A stretch of 35,191 nucleotides of DNA. Origin: Octopus bimaculoides (Eukaryota). Under the pieces are notes generated by a model, which was not told where the DNA came from, ran no database searches, and worked only from the letters and a program-made list of their open reading frames with translations. Numbering within the stretch: the stretch's first letter is position 1; every line of letters begins with the position of its first letter. The translations under genes and the position numbers were made by a program. This document shows, one piece after another, positions 1 to 11,596 of the stretch. Location of the stretch: positions 2,194,866 through 2,230,056 of the forward strand of contig NC_069003.1 in the NCBI RefSeq assembly GCF_001194135.2, read 5' to 3'.

Positions 1-66
1 CATACATACATACATACATACATACATAAATACATACATACGTACAAATTTACACACACACACATA
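1..66. repeat. (CATA)n / (CA)n simple repeat
   Basis: Tandem CATA units followed by CA units, read directly. Confidence 0.95.
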
Positions 67-422
67 TATACACATACACATATTTATAAACTGAAACGTA
101 CCCATACCCGTTCTTACTTAATTACATAGCATATACATGCAGACGCATTCTTATGCACGCATAAACGACACGCACACACGTGTATATCTCTATGTCAATG
201 TTCTCATTTCGCTCTCTGTGTATATGCTATATCTGATTCATTCCAGCCAAATTTCTAAAAGATGAGACTGGAATCAATTATATTAATGGAGTTGGAAAGA
301 TTTTATAGATCTGCTACGGTTATCATGAAGTAGGATATTTTTTTTCTGTATTATAGAATTTCTAAATACACGTTCAATCAGTTTTATACACATTTATTCA
401 CGCACTCCGATATGTGTATTTA

Positions 423-425
<3 letters not shown>

Positions 426-466
<41 letters not shown>

Positions 467-554
467 TGTGTGTGTATAGTATATGCACATATATATAGAC
501 ACGTATATGTATGTTTCAACATTTCAATAGATATACCTATATATGTAGATATAT

Positions 555-606
<52 letters not shown>

Positions 607-820
607 TTATATATACAGCTACGAAATTGTCTACGCCTTTCATTACATAACTTTCATCTTCTCATATAGTCAGCATCAGAGATTAATCTGAATGCGTATA
701 TATCTGATCATTTTATATAGTATATACTTTCATATATATGTCCGTGCGTTTGTGTGTGGAGTATATATATGTATACACACACATGTATGTATATATACAT
801 ATATTTATATATATATATAT

Positions 821-882
<62 letters not shown>

Positions 883-935
883 TCATTTAATATATACACA
901 CGTTTATGTAAGTGTATGTATATACATTCATATAT
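426..935. repeat. Compound (TA)n/(CA)n microsatellite block
   Basis: (TA)n ~426-463, (CA)n ~556-599 and a long (TA)n ~830-878; source of the spurious ORFs at 394-1020. Confidence 0.95.
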
Positions 936-1649
936 AGACATGGTGAAAATTACTGGCTTGGCGCATATGATTCCGGACGGAAATATCATATTTAAAATCT
1001 TCTCTTTAGAAACTCCATAACCATCGTAGTACATTGTTGGTGACATCGTAATTCGCACACACACCTCTAACAATATGTTCCTCTACATAACAAGTTCTGA
1101 CTGTTCTTCACTAGACAGGCAATTCGCATTGCCTATCAACATAACTGGCATTGATATCCCAGAAGTACTTGAAGACATGCAATAATTCTTATGCTAACTC
1201 ATTGTAGCAATCAGTGATTCCAGGAGCAGCCTATTTTGTATTACACTGTTGTAGTCTGAACATTCTCCAAACACTTTTTTTTTCCTTAACGTAATTCTAG
1301 TTGAATCAGTTGCAGATAAAATGTTACCATTCCGACTGTTTTTGTTTTTTGGGGGTTTTTTTCGGAACTACGTTACGGTCTGCAGTGCATTACACTGTTT
1401 TTGGTTCCGCGAACCAGTGGCACACTCACTTTTTGGGCTTTTTGTTGTACAATTTATTTCATTTGGTAATAATATGAAGAGTTTATCATGAGAGCATAAT
1501 AATATATAGATAAAACACACACGCTCTTATGTGTCTTGTTTAGTTTTCACATTGTAGTTTGCTTTTACTATATCATATTGTTCCGGCCTTACACAATACA
1601 TACATACACACACACACACAGAGGACACGCAGACACACATATGTATAAA

Positions 1650-1686
<37 letters not shown>

Positions 1687-1708
1687 TCTTCACAACCACA
1701 CAGTTTTG

Positions 1709-1935
1709 ATGAGTGATGGAAAAAATTAGTGACATTTTATGCTACGTGTGGAAAAATTGAAGCGAAGCGGCAAAGGAAGTTAAACATGGAAAGCTCAAGA
1801 GCTGTCAACGAACGTGTGTGCATATGACTGGTTCAGACATTTCAAGGAAGGTGACACCAGCTTCGAATACAAATGAATTTCAAAGAAAATTTTGGTTGGG
1901 GAAAATGAGGCATTGCTCGAAATAGTTGAACATAA
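1709..1935 (+). mobile_element. Decayed mariner (Tc1/mariner) transposase, N-terminal HTH fragment
   Basis: Frameshifted translation: AVNER (from 1801), AYDWFRHFKEGDTSFEYK (from 1820), ENEALLEIVE. Matches the mariner N-terminal pattern 'VNERT..RWF..FK.GD.SLED...D.E.L..LVE'. Contains stops and frameshifts. Confidence 0.75.
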
Positions 1936-3047
1936 ATACGAAAACTGGATTGGCTACCAAAGTATCGTCGTAGCGACATCATCAACTATTTTAATGGTAC
2001 GTAGTGGTAACCCGAGAAGTAGATTTATTCAGTGCGGGACTGTGGAGGTTTAGGTACTATTATCTGCTGGTTTTCTATCGAAATCTGCAAAATGTGGATA
2101 CTTTCGTATCACTTCAACTTGGATTAGTAAATAAAAATTAGTTTGCTTATCGTTGGAGCAAATGATCAGAAAATAAATCATTTTATTTTATCATCGCTGG
2201 ATTTTCGACTTGTTTATTTCTGTACCGTATTTGTTAGGTAGATAAATATCTCGGTATTAATACTATTCATTCTCAAATTGAATTTGCATATTTTCTTTTG
2301 TATTTCGCCTCACGCTTGATCGATCGGTTTGTGGAACTTTCAACGCAGACCTGTCGCAATTATGTACACACAACGACATATAAGTGCGGGTGTGTATGTG
2401 TGAGCGTGTGTTTGCGAACGCGTTTGCTTGCGTGTGGATTTATTTATATGTATATATAAACACATATATCTCTGTTAACGTGTGTAAATATGTATGCGTG
2501 TATGTATGAATTGATGAATATATATATGATGTGTATGTATTTACTTTTTCGATCTTCAACGAATGACGACAAATGTAATACATTAATAACGAAATTCAAT
2601 TAAATATTTCGCTTTATTGGCTTCTGTTTGTCACCAATTTTTTTCCAAGAACGTCTTTAATGTAATTTCAGTTGTTGTTTTCCATTTATATTATTCTTTC
2701 CCCAAAACGTGGGAATATATGAACGTATATATATATATTTATTTATATCCACGTCTCAATTTCTCTTGTTTCTCATGCACACACATATATTTATGTATAT
2801 ATATATATATATATATATTATGTGTATGGATGGATAGATAGATACATGCATACATACATACATATATGTGTGGGTGTGTACATAAAATAGATGTTGTCTA
2901 ATTAAAAATAAGAGCTCAAAAGCACAAATATGCAAATTAGTCTACCCATTAAGGTGCGTGCGTAATTTATGACTGGTTTATATAGATCTTGATGTATAGC
3001 ATTGATTGGAATAGGAAGTCGTCATCAAACTGAACTTTGTGTGTTAC

Positions 3048-3088
3048 CTGATTCTCCACATCAATCTTATAGAACCAACAATGGGTCC
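3048..3088 (-). other. Candidate 41-nt exon (unassigned)
   Basis: Minus strand: atttctgtctttatatatacttcag|GGACCC...AATCAG|gtaaca. Two open frames (THCWFYKIDVENQ or GPIVGSIRLMWRI). No recognised homology. Confidence 0.25.
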
Positions 3089-3427
3089 CTGAAGTATATA
3101 TAAAGACAGAAATGTACATCTTTTACCTGTTTCATTTATTACACTGTGATACCGCCTTCAATTTTTAAACATAGACACGTTTGATAATGTGATCCTATGA
3201 TCCCTGCAAACAGGAAAATGTTGTGGGTAACATAGATGTAATTTCGTTCATCATAGCTGGGATCGATCAAAAAGGACTTGAACCTAAACGCCACCGCTAC
3301 CAACAACATTAACAAAAAATTCACAGGAATTGAACCAACAATCTGGTTTTTGTTGGGGCCGTAAGGAGTGTAGATCTGTAATGGAATTGCATTCAGAACC
3401 AATTTTCTTACTGTCCTTTATTTTTGT

Positions 3428-3635
3428 AATAATAAACCTTTAAAACATAGTGAAAAGGCTTGAAATAATGACGGGTGGGGAGAAAGCCGATTACATCGAC
3501 TCCAGTCGTCAAAATGATACTTTCCTTATCGACGCTGGACGGATGAAAGCCCGAGTCGAACACTACCGAATCGGAACACAGAACGCGAAGACAATCGAAA
3601 GGCCACGAGGCATTTTGTCCGGCGTGAAACCTCCC
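3428..3635 (-). mobile_element. tRNA-derived SINE, family A (diverged copy)
   Basis: Reverse complement aligns to the copy at 16785-16980 (gtcgatgtaatcg; atttcaagcctt) and has a (TTA)-like tail near 3428. Confidence 0.8.
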
Positions 3636-4019
3636 CTCCGTCGCCGCCGCCGTCGGCGTCGTCGTAAGGAAGAAAGAGAAGAGGAAAAGAACTAGATTAT
3701 CAGCATTTTCTCTAAGATGTTCTCGTAACAAAAGAAACTTGTCGATATCTAATGCCTGTCATGATAATTGCCAACGATATTCACATGTCACATGATATAT
3801 ATTTTGCTCAAAACTTACCAAGAAGGATATGAAGAGAACAATGGCATAGTTGTTTTTTTTTTTGTACGACTTCTATTACATCACAGTAAAAGTACAGAAC
3901 GCTGTGGTAAACAGCCATTTTGAATTTCTCGACTGCTTTTCAGTGGTGCTTACGGACCACCAGAAATCTTTGCGCATGCACTCATATATTTCTTTGTGTA
4001 AGTGTATGCGTAAATCGTT

Positions 4020-4300
4020 GAATGCATGCATGTACCTATAGACATGTTTCTCTGCATCTGTGTGTCTGTGTGAGCGTACGCGCGCGTGGCAGTGTATATA
4101 TGTGTGTGTGTGTGTGTGTGTATGTGTGTGTGTGTGTGTGTGTGTATGTGTGTGTGTATATATATATATATACACACGCGCGCGCGCACATTTATATACA
4201 TATATGCAGGTGTATAGCCGTAAGTATATACATGCACACACACACACATACATATATATATTTATATACATATATGCGTGTGTGTGCCTGTGAATACACG

Positions 4301-4383
<83 letters not shown>

Positions 4384-4860
4384 TGATATTCATATATATA
4401 CAGATAAATAAATATATATATATATGTATATACATGCATATAGATGTGTGTGTATCTATATATGTATATGGTTGTCTGTGAGTATGTGTTATATACATAT
4501 ATGTGCATGTGCGTGTTTGTGTCGTTTCTGTATGGATGAAAATAGATATAGACAGACATACAGATAGATCGATAGATAGATAGACAGATAAACAAGTTGA
4601 TATGGTTGTCTGTGTGGATTGTATTTTTATAGTTATATATGTGTGTGAGTGTGTACTTAACACTACCTGTATGAATGTAAATACGTATAATATATACCTA
4701 TATATACACATACACCCACATATATATGCGTATGTTTGTGTGCGTATGTGTATTCATATATAATGTACATACATATATACATATTGCCTTCGTATGTACA
4801 TGTATACATGCAGATGTATATATGTGAAATTAATGACAGTAGATGAAACGGCGTAGATGT
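4020..4860. repeat. Compound (TG)n/(TA)n/(CA)n/(GATA)n block
   Basis: Several adjacent di- and tetranucleotide tracts, read directly. Confidence 0.95.
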
Positions 4861-4976
4861 ATGATTGATATAGGGACAAAGTATATAGCATATATGGAAC
4901 GGTTTTACTTCAAGAAAAATGGTTCTACAACCCATTATTCAGTTGTTTTGCTTCGAATAAATGAGATATTGCTTAC

Positions 4977-5053
4977 CATTATGACATAAATGTCTGTTTG
5001 AGTGGAATCGAAGTAAAAGACGAATGTTGGAACACATGTGGAACAATAACATC
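4977..5053 (-). other. Candidate 77-nt exon (unassigned)
   Basis: Minus strand: ttttttcctttcttttttgacattaacag|GATGTT...ATAATG|gtaagc, with a strong acceptor and donor. Two frames open (CYCSTCVPTFVFYFDSTQTDIYVIM; MLLFHMCSNIRLLLRFHSNRHLCHN). No recognised homology. Confidence 0.3.
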
Positions 5054-5184
5054 CTGTTAATGTCAAAAAAGAAAGGAAAAAATGCCTTAAGAATTATTTC
5101 CACCAAAATTTATAGTCGCAGGCTGACATAGAATAGTGTATATTAATAATAATCATATGTATGAATTGATGCATTCCTAGAAAG

Positions 5185-5270
5185 CACCAGCAGTAGTAGC
5201 AGTAGCAGTAGTAGTAGTAGTAGTAGTCGTAGCAGTAGTAGCAGCAGCAGCAGAAGAAGAAGATGAAGAA
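5185..5270. repeat. (TAG)n/(CAG)n/(GAA)n trinucleotide tract
   Basis: Read directly. Confidence 0.9.
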
Positions 5271-5279
5271 GCACCAGTG

Positions 5280-5600
5280 TTGTTATTATTATTATATTTA
5301 TATGAAAACTCACAGCTTATTTTGCGGGGTATGATGTAAAGTTCCAGCTGTCTACATCCAGTAAGCTAAGGTGACACATGTTTACTGATCATGCTTCAAG
5401 AACCCTTCGAAGAATTCTTGAAGTTCCATTCGGAGCAGTGTTGATTTTTGTAGTTGTTCTTCCTTCACACTGGTCCGATGTCTTTCAGCCATGCTGGTAG
5501 CTGAGTTCTGATACTTCCAAGTGTACCAATTATTATATTACTATTGGTAGCACGTCTACTCTCTTCATTGACCAGAACCTTCGTATTTCCCATGGTCGTA
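5280..5600 (-). mobile_element. 5'-truncated R4/Dong-like non-LTR retrotransposon 3' end (copy B)
   Basis: Frameshifted minus translation WEIRRFWSMKRVDVLPIVI/IGTLGSIRTQLPAWLKDIG/EEQLQKSTLL/GTSRILRRVLEA* (stop 5389-5391) matches the C-terminus of restriction-like-endonuclease non-LTR ORFs. Followed by a short 3' UTR and a TAA-rich tail (~5281-5303). Confidence 0.8.
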
Positions 5601-5601
5601 G

Positions 5602-5603
<2 letters not shown>

Positions 5604-5640
<37 letters not shown>

Positions 5641-6149
5641 TACTTATAATTTACGTTTGTTTCAGTCACTTGCCGAGACATACCTAGTGGCTTGGGGACC
5701 GTAAAGGATAAAAGACTGTTACATTATAACTGTAAGCTTGGGTAGGGAAAGTAGCGAAATATCATGTAATACAATACAGACATTTAAATTGATAGGGTTT
5801 TTCTAAGGATGTGGCTAGTAATTTGTCAGGACAATCTTTTGGATTTCTCTGAGATATGGTTCTTCTGCGATTTTATCTAGTTGCTTATGAGATCCCTATT
5901 TCATCATAACTATGCCACCTACAATAACAGTTCTCGTTTTAAGATGCCGCATCTTTTGTATTTCAATTTCCAGGTCCTTATATTTACTTAGTTTGTCATA
6001 TTCCTTGACAGAAATATTTTTATCAGTGGTAACATATCTATTAGTATACAAGTATGTTTTTTTCCCCTGTCTTTAATAATTACGTCTGGTCGATTAGCCA
6101 GGATCGTTCGGTCAGTGTTGACTAGAAAATCCCAGAGGATAGTGCAATC
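5604..6149 (-). mobile_element. 5'-truncated R4/Dong-like non-LTR retrotransposon 3' end with RLE domain (copy A)
   Basis: Minus translation DCTILWDFLVNTDRTILANRPDVIIKD...CILIDM / DKNISVKEYDKLSKYKDLEIEIQKM...EIQKIVL / TSHILRKTLSI* (stop 5784-5786) contains the PD-x12-14-D...K RLE motif. (TAA)n tail at ~5604-5641. Confidence 0.88.
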
Positions 6150-6668
6150 CCACCAAACGGAGAGAAAAACCTTCTAGGCATGGAGTTCCCTTTTCAGTTA
6201 TGTTTGGACATTTTCCCCTTCACCAAGCCAATGTCTCCAATGCTTAACATTTTGATAAAAGACCCGTTTTTCATCACTGGTCACCAGTCTGTTCAAAAAG
6301 AACGAGATAAAATTACGGGAACGAGGTGAGAAGAGCCATTGTCCACTCGGGATTTAAGGATGGGTTCAAACAAGTTATGAGGCAGCCATTTTCTAACATT
6401 TGAGACCTTTCCATGCTGTTGAAGATTGCAGTGAACGCTAGTATGGCTTGGACGAACCTTCCTTGGCATTTCTTCGACTTAAACTGCTTGAACTTTTTCA
6501 AGTTCTGCGTAAAGGAGCTTGTCATCAAACTCAGTTGGACGTCCTGTTCGGGCCACATATTCAAGACTGAAATCTGCACTTCTGAATTCTACAAACCATT
6601 TCCTTCATGCTCTTTCATTCAGGCATTTTTCTCCCTAAGCTCAGTGAATATTTCGAGTCGCTTCATAC
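6143..6668 (-). mobile_element. Decayed mariner transposase (HTH to first catalytic Asp region)
   Basis: Minus translation with stops: RKWFVEFRSADFSLE..RTGRPTEFDD, GKVSNVRKWLPHNL (WVPHEL motif), FLNRLVTSDEKRVFY (VTGDEKW motif), KVFLSVWWDC. Confidence 0.92.
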
Positions 6669-6725
6669 GTACATATACATGTGTGTATACATACATACAT
6701 ACACACATGCATACATACATAGATT

Positions 6726-6772
<47 letters not shown>

Positions 6773-7488
6773 CACACAATGCCACGCTCGTGCACACAAG
6801 TATTAATGCAGCTAAAGACGAGATCCTATTTGTCAGTGTGTTAAATGTACATTGATATATCTGTGTATATTTGTATGCATGTATCTATATTTATACATAT
6901 GTATCTACGCAAAGGTACGTACTCTTATAAATGTATAACCATTATATAAATATATATATATATATATATACACAAACATGCATAGATTCACACAGGCATA
7001 ACACACATACATGCATATATGTGCGTTCGTGTTTGTATGCATGCATTTATTATGATTTTTGCTGCTATTATTATTATTATTATTAATATTATTATTAATA
7101 TTATTATTATTATTATTATTACAATTAGTGTTGTTGTTAATATTTATCTTATTATTATTTATTCCTCAGGTTATACTTTCATGTTCTATCGCCAAATCTC
7201 TTCTAGGATTACTTTTGAAATTCTTACGCAGCGATTTCATTTAACCCTTATTACTCGTACGTCGAAACAATCAATCAATTCCGACATAGATGCATACACA
7301 TATACACACCTACATACATACGTATACACACATACACACACACACACATTCACAGAAACATATATGCATGCGTGTATACGCGTTTGTACTTATGTGTATA
7401 TATATTTATACAAGCACATACGTACGCGCTCACACCCTCATACGCGTATTCATACATGCATGCATGCATAGACACACACACACACACA

Positions 7489-7584
<96 letters not shown>

Positions 7585-7590
7585 CACACA
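6669..7590. repeat. Compound microsatellite block including (TAT)n and a perfect (CACG)24
   Basis: (TA)n ~6730-6770, TAT-rich ~7066-7160, uninterrupted CACG units 7487-7582. Confidence 0.95.
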
Positions 7591-7743
7591 CGCAGTGGTT
7601 TTCTACACTTTGTGTTGTCAGGAACAGTTACGAATGCCCAGTAGTGAAATCTTATTTGATTTTGTTCTTAATATCGAATTCATTTTTGGTTTTTCGCCCG
7701 ATTCTTCTTCTCCTTCTTCCTCTCATTCCCTTCCTTTTTCCTC

Positions 7744-8120
7744 ATCATCTGATTTAAGTAAATAATTAAAGTCCGATGCAAGATCTTGAAGGAATCAAGT
7801 AAAAACATCAAAGAGAAATTCCATACACTGATGTAATTGGTTCTCCTCTAGTTTCCGGCCCTGTAGTATGTGGCAATTGTACATCTCTCATTTTATAGGT
7901 TTCGGGGGGAATGACGCACCAGCAAATATACATTCGGTTTCAGTAAAATTTGCCAGCATTTCCTTCTTTTTTTTTTTTATCCATTTAATTATTCTTGGTG
8001 CTTGGTGTTACTTGGCATTCACGAAATGAAAATTTAAACTCGAAATCCCCGTAAAACTAGAGCACTTAAATAATAATTAGGTTTCGTTCACAAACTAATG
8101 ATCTATTTCAAATAATGTTG
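7744..8120 (+). repeat. Diverged direct duplication, copy 1 (partner at 11010-11390)
   Basis: Core 7799-7862 vs 11066-11129 matches at 59/64 nt. Collinear lower-identity blocks continue downstream (cttggtgttacttggcatt / cttgatgttgcttgacatt; taattaggtttcgttcacaaactaatgat / taattgggtttcggttcaataactaatgat). Confidence 0.85.
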
Positions 8121-8849
8121 TTGAACCTACAGAGCTGTGATGAAAAATATTGTTTTTATTTTTTTTATTTCCTGCGGGATAGGGTGTTGTCAGCGACATA
8201 GTTTATCTAATGCGTCATCCTTCCGATTATCTTTTTTATTATTTTCGACAGTAGCATGTGCTTTAAAGTAGAAGAATGAGTTGTTATTTCTTGAAGACAA
8301 ATCAACACGACTCCATTAAGTCTTCCACATTAGCCCATATCCAATACTGCAAAGGTGTCCGCTAGCGATATCTGATAGATATTTTGTTTCCTTTTACTTC
8401 GATTCGCCAGGATATGGTTTATTTTGTTTAATTAAAACAAATATTTCCTGTTCTCATGTATTCTAGTCAAATGTCACTGTAAAGAAATAAACCCGTTTTG
8501 ACGTCAGCGAAAATAGATGAGAAAAGAAAGGAGAGAGGTGGAGTTAATTATTCATGCAAGATGCTTTTTAACACATACACACATATTCCTTCTCGGTTAC
8601 ATTCTCACAGAGTTTGTTTCTTTTCCTTTTCTTTACATCGAATAAAATAGTATTTGATTATACACTCATGACAGAGAAAAATATGAGAATAACAATCGTC
8701 GTGTATTCTTAACTTAGAATTTCTTATTTTAGGAAATTGGCGTATAGACACTTATTATGTCACTTTCCTATACTATAGTTACGTTTTGACCGATCATTGC
8801 TTAGAGAGAAGTTTCTTAATACTGTGGAAATATATCTATGCTCGTTACA

Positions 8850-8924
8850 CACACAGACGTACACATAAACACACATACACACACGTATATATGTGTATAT
8901 GCATATGTATATCCATAACTATAA

Positions 8925-8977
<53 letters not shown>

Positions 8978-9468
8978 GTAATAATAATAAATGCCAAAAC
9001 GAGTTTGTGTGTCAGTGTGTCACACTTTGACTCTTTCTCTTCTCTCATTATTCAGTAACATTACTACTCTTCCTCATGCTTGAGTGAGAGTAATAGTAGG
9101 CATAGAGACTGTGAGGAAAGTAGTAGAATGACTGGTGTGATGGTGATGGGGGTGATAGTAATAGTGTGAGCTGTAGTTGTGATAGAGGTGGGGATGGTGG
9201 TGGTGGCGGCGCTGGAGGGGAAGGCGGCGAAGTCAAATGCATTGATGGTGGTGGCGTCAGAAGACTGAATGGTGTGTGTGTGTATGGCTATTGTGGTTGC
9301 GATAGTGGTAGTACTGGTGATGGTAATGGTTGAAAACAATCAGCAGAGAGAGAGAGAGAGAGAGAGGTTAGACAGAAAAAAAAAATGTTCTGACCCTCGA
9401 ATGAGAAGACAAAAGATGTTTATCATGCAGCTTTGCAATAAGTTCAAAGTATTACTGCCCCCACAAAC

Positions 9469-9508
<40 letters not shown>

Positions 9509-9560
9509 ATGTATCGAATCTATCTCTCATGCACACGCACACACACACACACACACACAA
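8850..9560. repeat. Compound SSR and low-complexity block: (TA)n, GGT/TAG-rich, (GA)n, (TATC)n, (CA)n
   Basis: Read directly. Confidence 0.9.
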
Positions 9561-10000
9561 ACACGGACACTTCTCCTGCTTATCCTTGTCAAAGAAGTGT
9601 TATGTGGACCGAGAAACAGTCTGTACCTGCTTGTGTCGATAAGGGAATCTAAAATTTTTCTCAAGCAAGGTACACATCACCAAATTATGTGGCATTGACA
9701 TAGTGTATCTAGAAATACATCATACTACACGTCATCTTTGTAAGTGGATATTTTAAAACAATATACCATGCAGCTTAAAGGAAGGGATTTGGCTGCCATT
9801 TTCGCAGTTTCGCGGACAATAGATTTAAATTCTGTCCTCCCCTAATCTCAAAACATTGACTCATTCTGTGGGTTTCGTCTTAAATATATGCTGTTAATTT
9901 CATAAATATGTATGTGGTGCTTACAATATTAGTGAAATATATCAATGTTCAATTGTGTATATATAACTATGTGTGCGACACTCAGATATACACACATACA

Positions 10001-10047
<47 letters not shown>

Positions 10048-10399
10048 GTATGTATGTATAGATACTCATATAATAGATATATATTATATATCTTTATAGA
10101 TATATATATATATATATCTTTACATATATATATAAATATATATATATATATACACACACATGCATCGGTATAAATGTATGCATATTATACATATAGCTTA
10201 TTCTTCGTTCCTCCAGCCACTCATTTTAAGATCTTTTGCTGTTACTTAAATTCTATTTGAATTTCTTATTTGACGAAATTTAGGGAGCACATATTACTCA
10301 TAGATCTAAGAACTCAACCAATCATTATAGATTATCATCGCTGCATCTCTGCCCTTTGCCATATTTCAAACCACGTCTGCGCATGCTTTTACAATCAGA

Positions 10400-10538
10400 T
10401 CCTTTTTATGTGTTCTTTTTTTCTTTTTTTCAGTCATTGGCTTTTGATTTTTCTTCGTTTCTGTTTCTTTTTCTTCATCTTCGATTTCTCCTACTCTCCT
10501 TCTCATCCTCCATTTCCTCTTTTCTCCTTCCTCTTCTT

Positions 10539-10580
<42 letters not shown>

Positions 10581-11010
10581 TTCATCTATTTTCCTTCATC
10601 TTTTCTTCATCTACTTTTTCCTCTTCTTTTTCTTCGTATTCGTTGACGTCATTGTCGCCGTCGTCATTTTCTTCTTCGCAGTTTTTCCTGTCTTCTCCAC
10701 ATCAGATTCATCTCCGTTTCGCTAATCCACCTCCTACACCTCCTCCTCCTCCTTCTTCTCCTTCTTCTTCTTATCCCCCCTTCTATTTCTTCTCCTTTCT
10801 TCCTCTTCTTCTCTTTTCTTCTTTTTCCTTCTCCTCCGCCTACTTCATCTCCTTTTCATCCTTCTCCGTCTTCTTGTCTCTTCTCTTCCCCTCCCCCTCT
10901 TCCTCCCCTACTTCTTCATCTCCTTTTCATCCTTCTCCCTCCCCTTCTTGTCTCTTTACCCCCTCCTCCAAATCTTGTCCTTTCCTTCTTTCTTTCTTTC
11001 TTCTTCCACA
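10400..11010. repeat. Pyrimidine-rich low-complexity tract (CTT/CCT-rich) with (CTA)n
   Basis: Nearly purine-free stretches on the plus strand; (CTA)n at ~10541-10580. Confidence 0.9.
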
Positions 11011-11390
11011 CCATCTTATTTAAAGTATATAATTAAAGTTTAGCATAAGATTTCAAAGGAAACAGGTAAAAACATCAAAGCGAAATTCCATACACTGATG
11101 TAATTGGTTCCCGTTCAGTTTCCGGCCCTTCAGCAAACGTCGATTGTAAACTTCTCATCACATAGTTTTCAAGGGAGATCACACACTAAGAAATATTTCC
11201 GATTTTACACAAGTACGAAGCAAGCGATTTTTTTTTTACAACTTGGCCACTTGATGTTGCTTGACATTAAGCATAATAAAAACGTCACCTCTCCCCCTCC
11301 GCCCCACCATCATCAGATTCTCGCCAAATTGCAACACATTATGAATAATTGGGTTTCGGTTCAATAACTAATGATTTACATGAAAAATGT
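11010..11390 (+). repeat. Diverged direct duplication, copy 2 (partner at 7744-8120)
   Basis: See copy 1; offset about 3.27 kb. Confidence 0.85.
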
Positions 11391-11596
11391 ACTGGAATGC
11401 CGATCTTGATCTTGCGGACCTACGCGTAAACTGTTACTTTCTTCTTGGCATTTTAGAAGTTCTATTCCAGGTGGAATACGGAGAGAGTATACCTACCAAT
11501 ACATCACTCAATGCTTTCTCTTTCCAAGTTTTAAGCTAATAACTGGTGATCTGATGTGATATTTCACTGGTGTTTCTCGCAGATCACACATTCTGT

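Noticed and set aside
938-995. [13 protein letters not shown]-type-lectin-like WLG motif
   Set aside because: A stop follows within a few codons and no other lectin motifs (W.DG, WND, Cys pattern) are present.
3120-3135. gaaacaggtaaaa shared (opposite strand) with the duplication copy at 11059-11071
   Set aside because: Similarity does not extend, and it is a common donor-like AT-rich word.
3089-3203. Additional 76-nt exon plus 38-nt intron upstream of the 3048-3088 candidate
   Set aside because: The 76-nt segment has stops in all three frames and the intron would be implausibly short.
6313-6844. ORF-track entries 6313-6579 and 6413-6844
   Set aside because: Wrong-frame and antisense reads of the decayed mariner.
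8499-8506. Perfect CRE palindrome TGACGTCA
   Set aside because: A single 8-mer is expected by chance in a window this size, and there is no promoter context.
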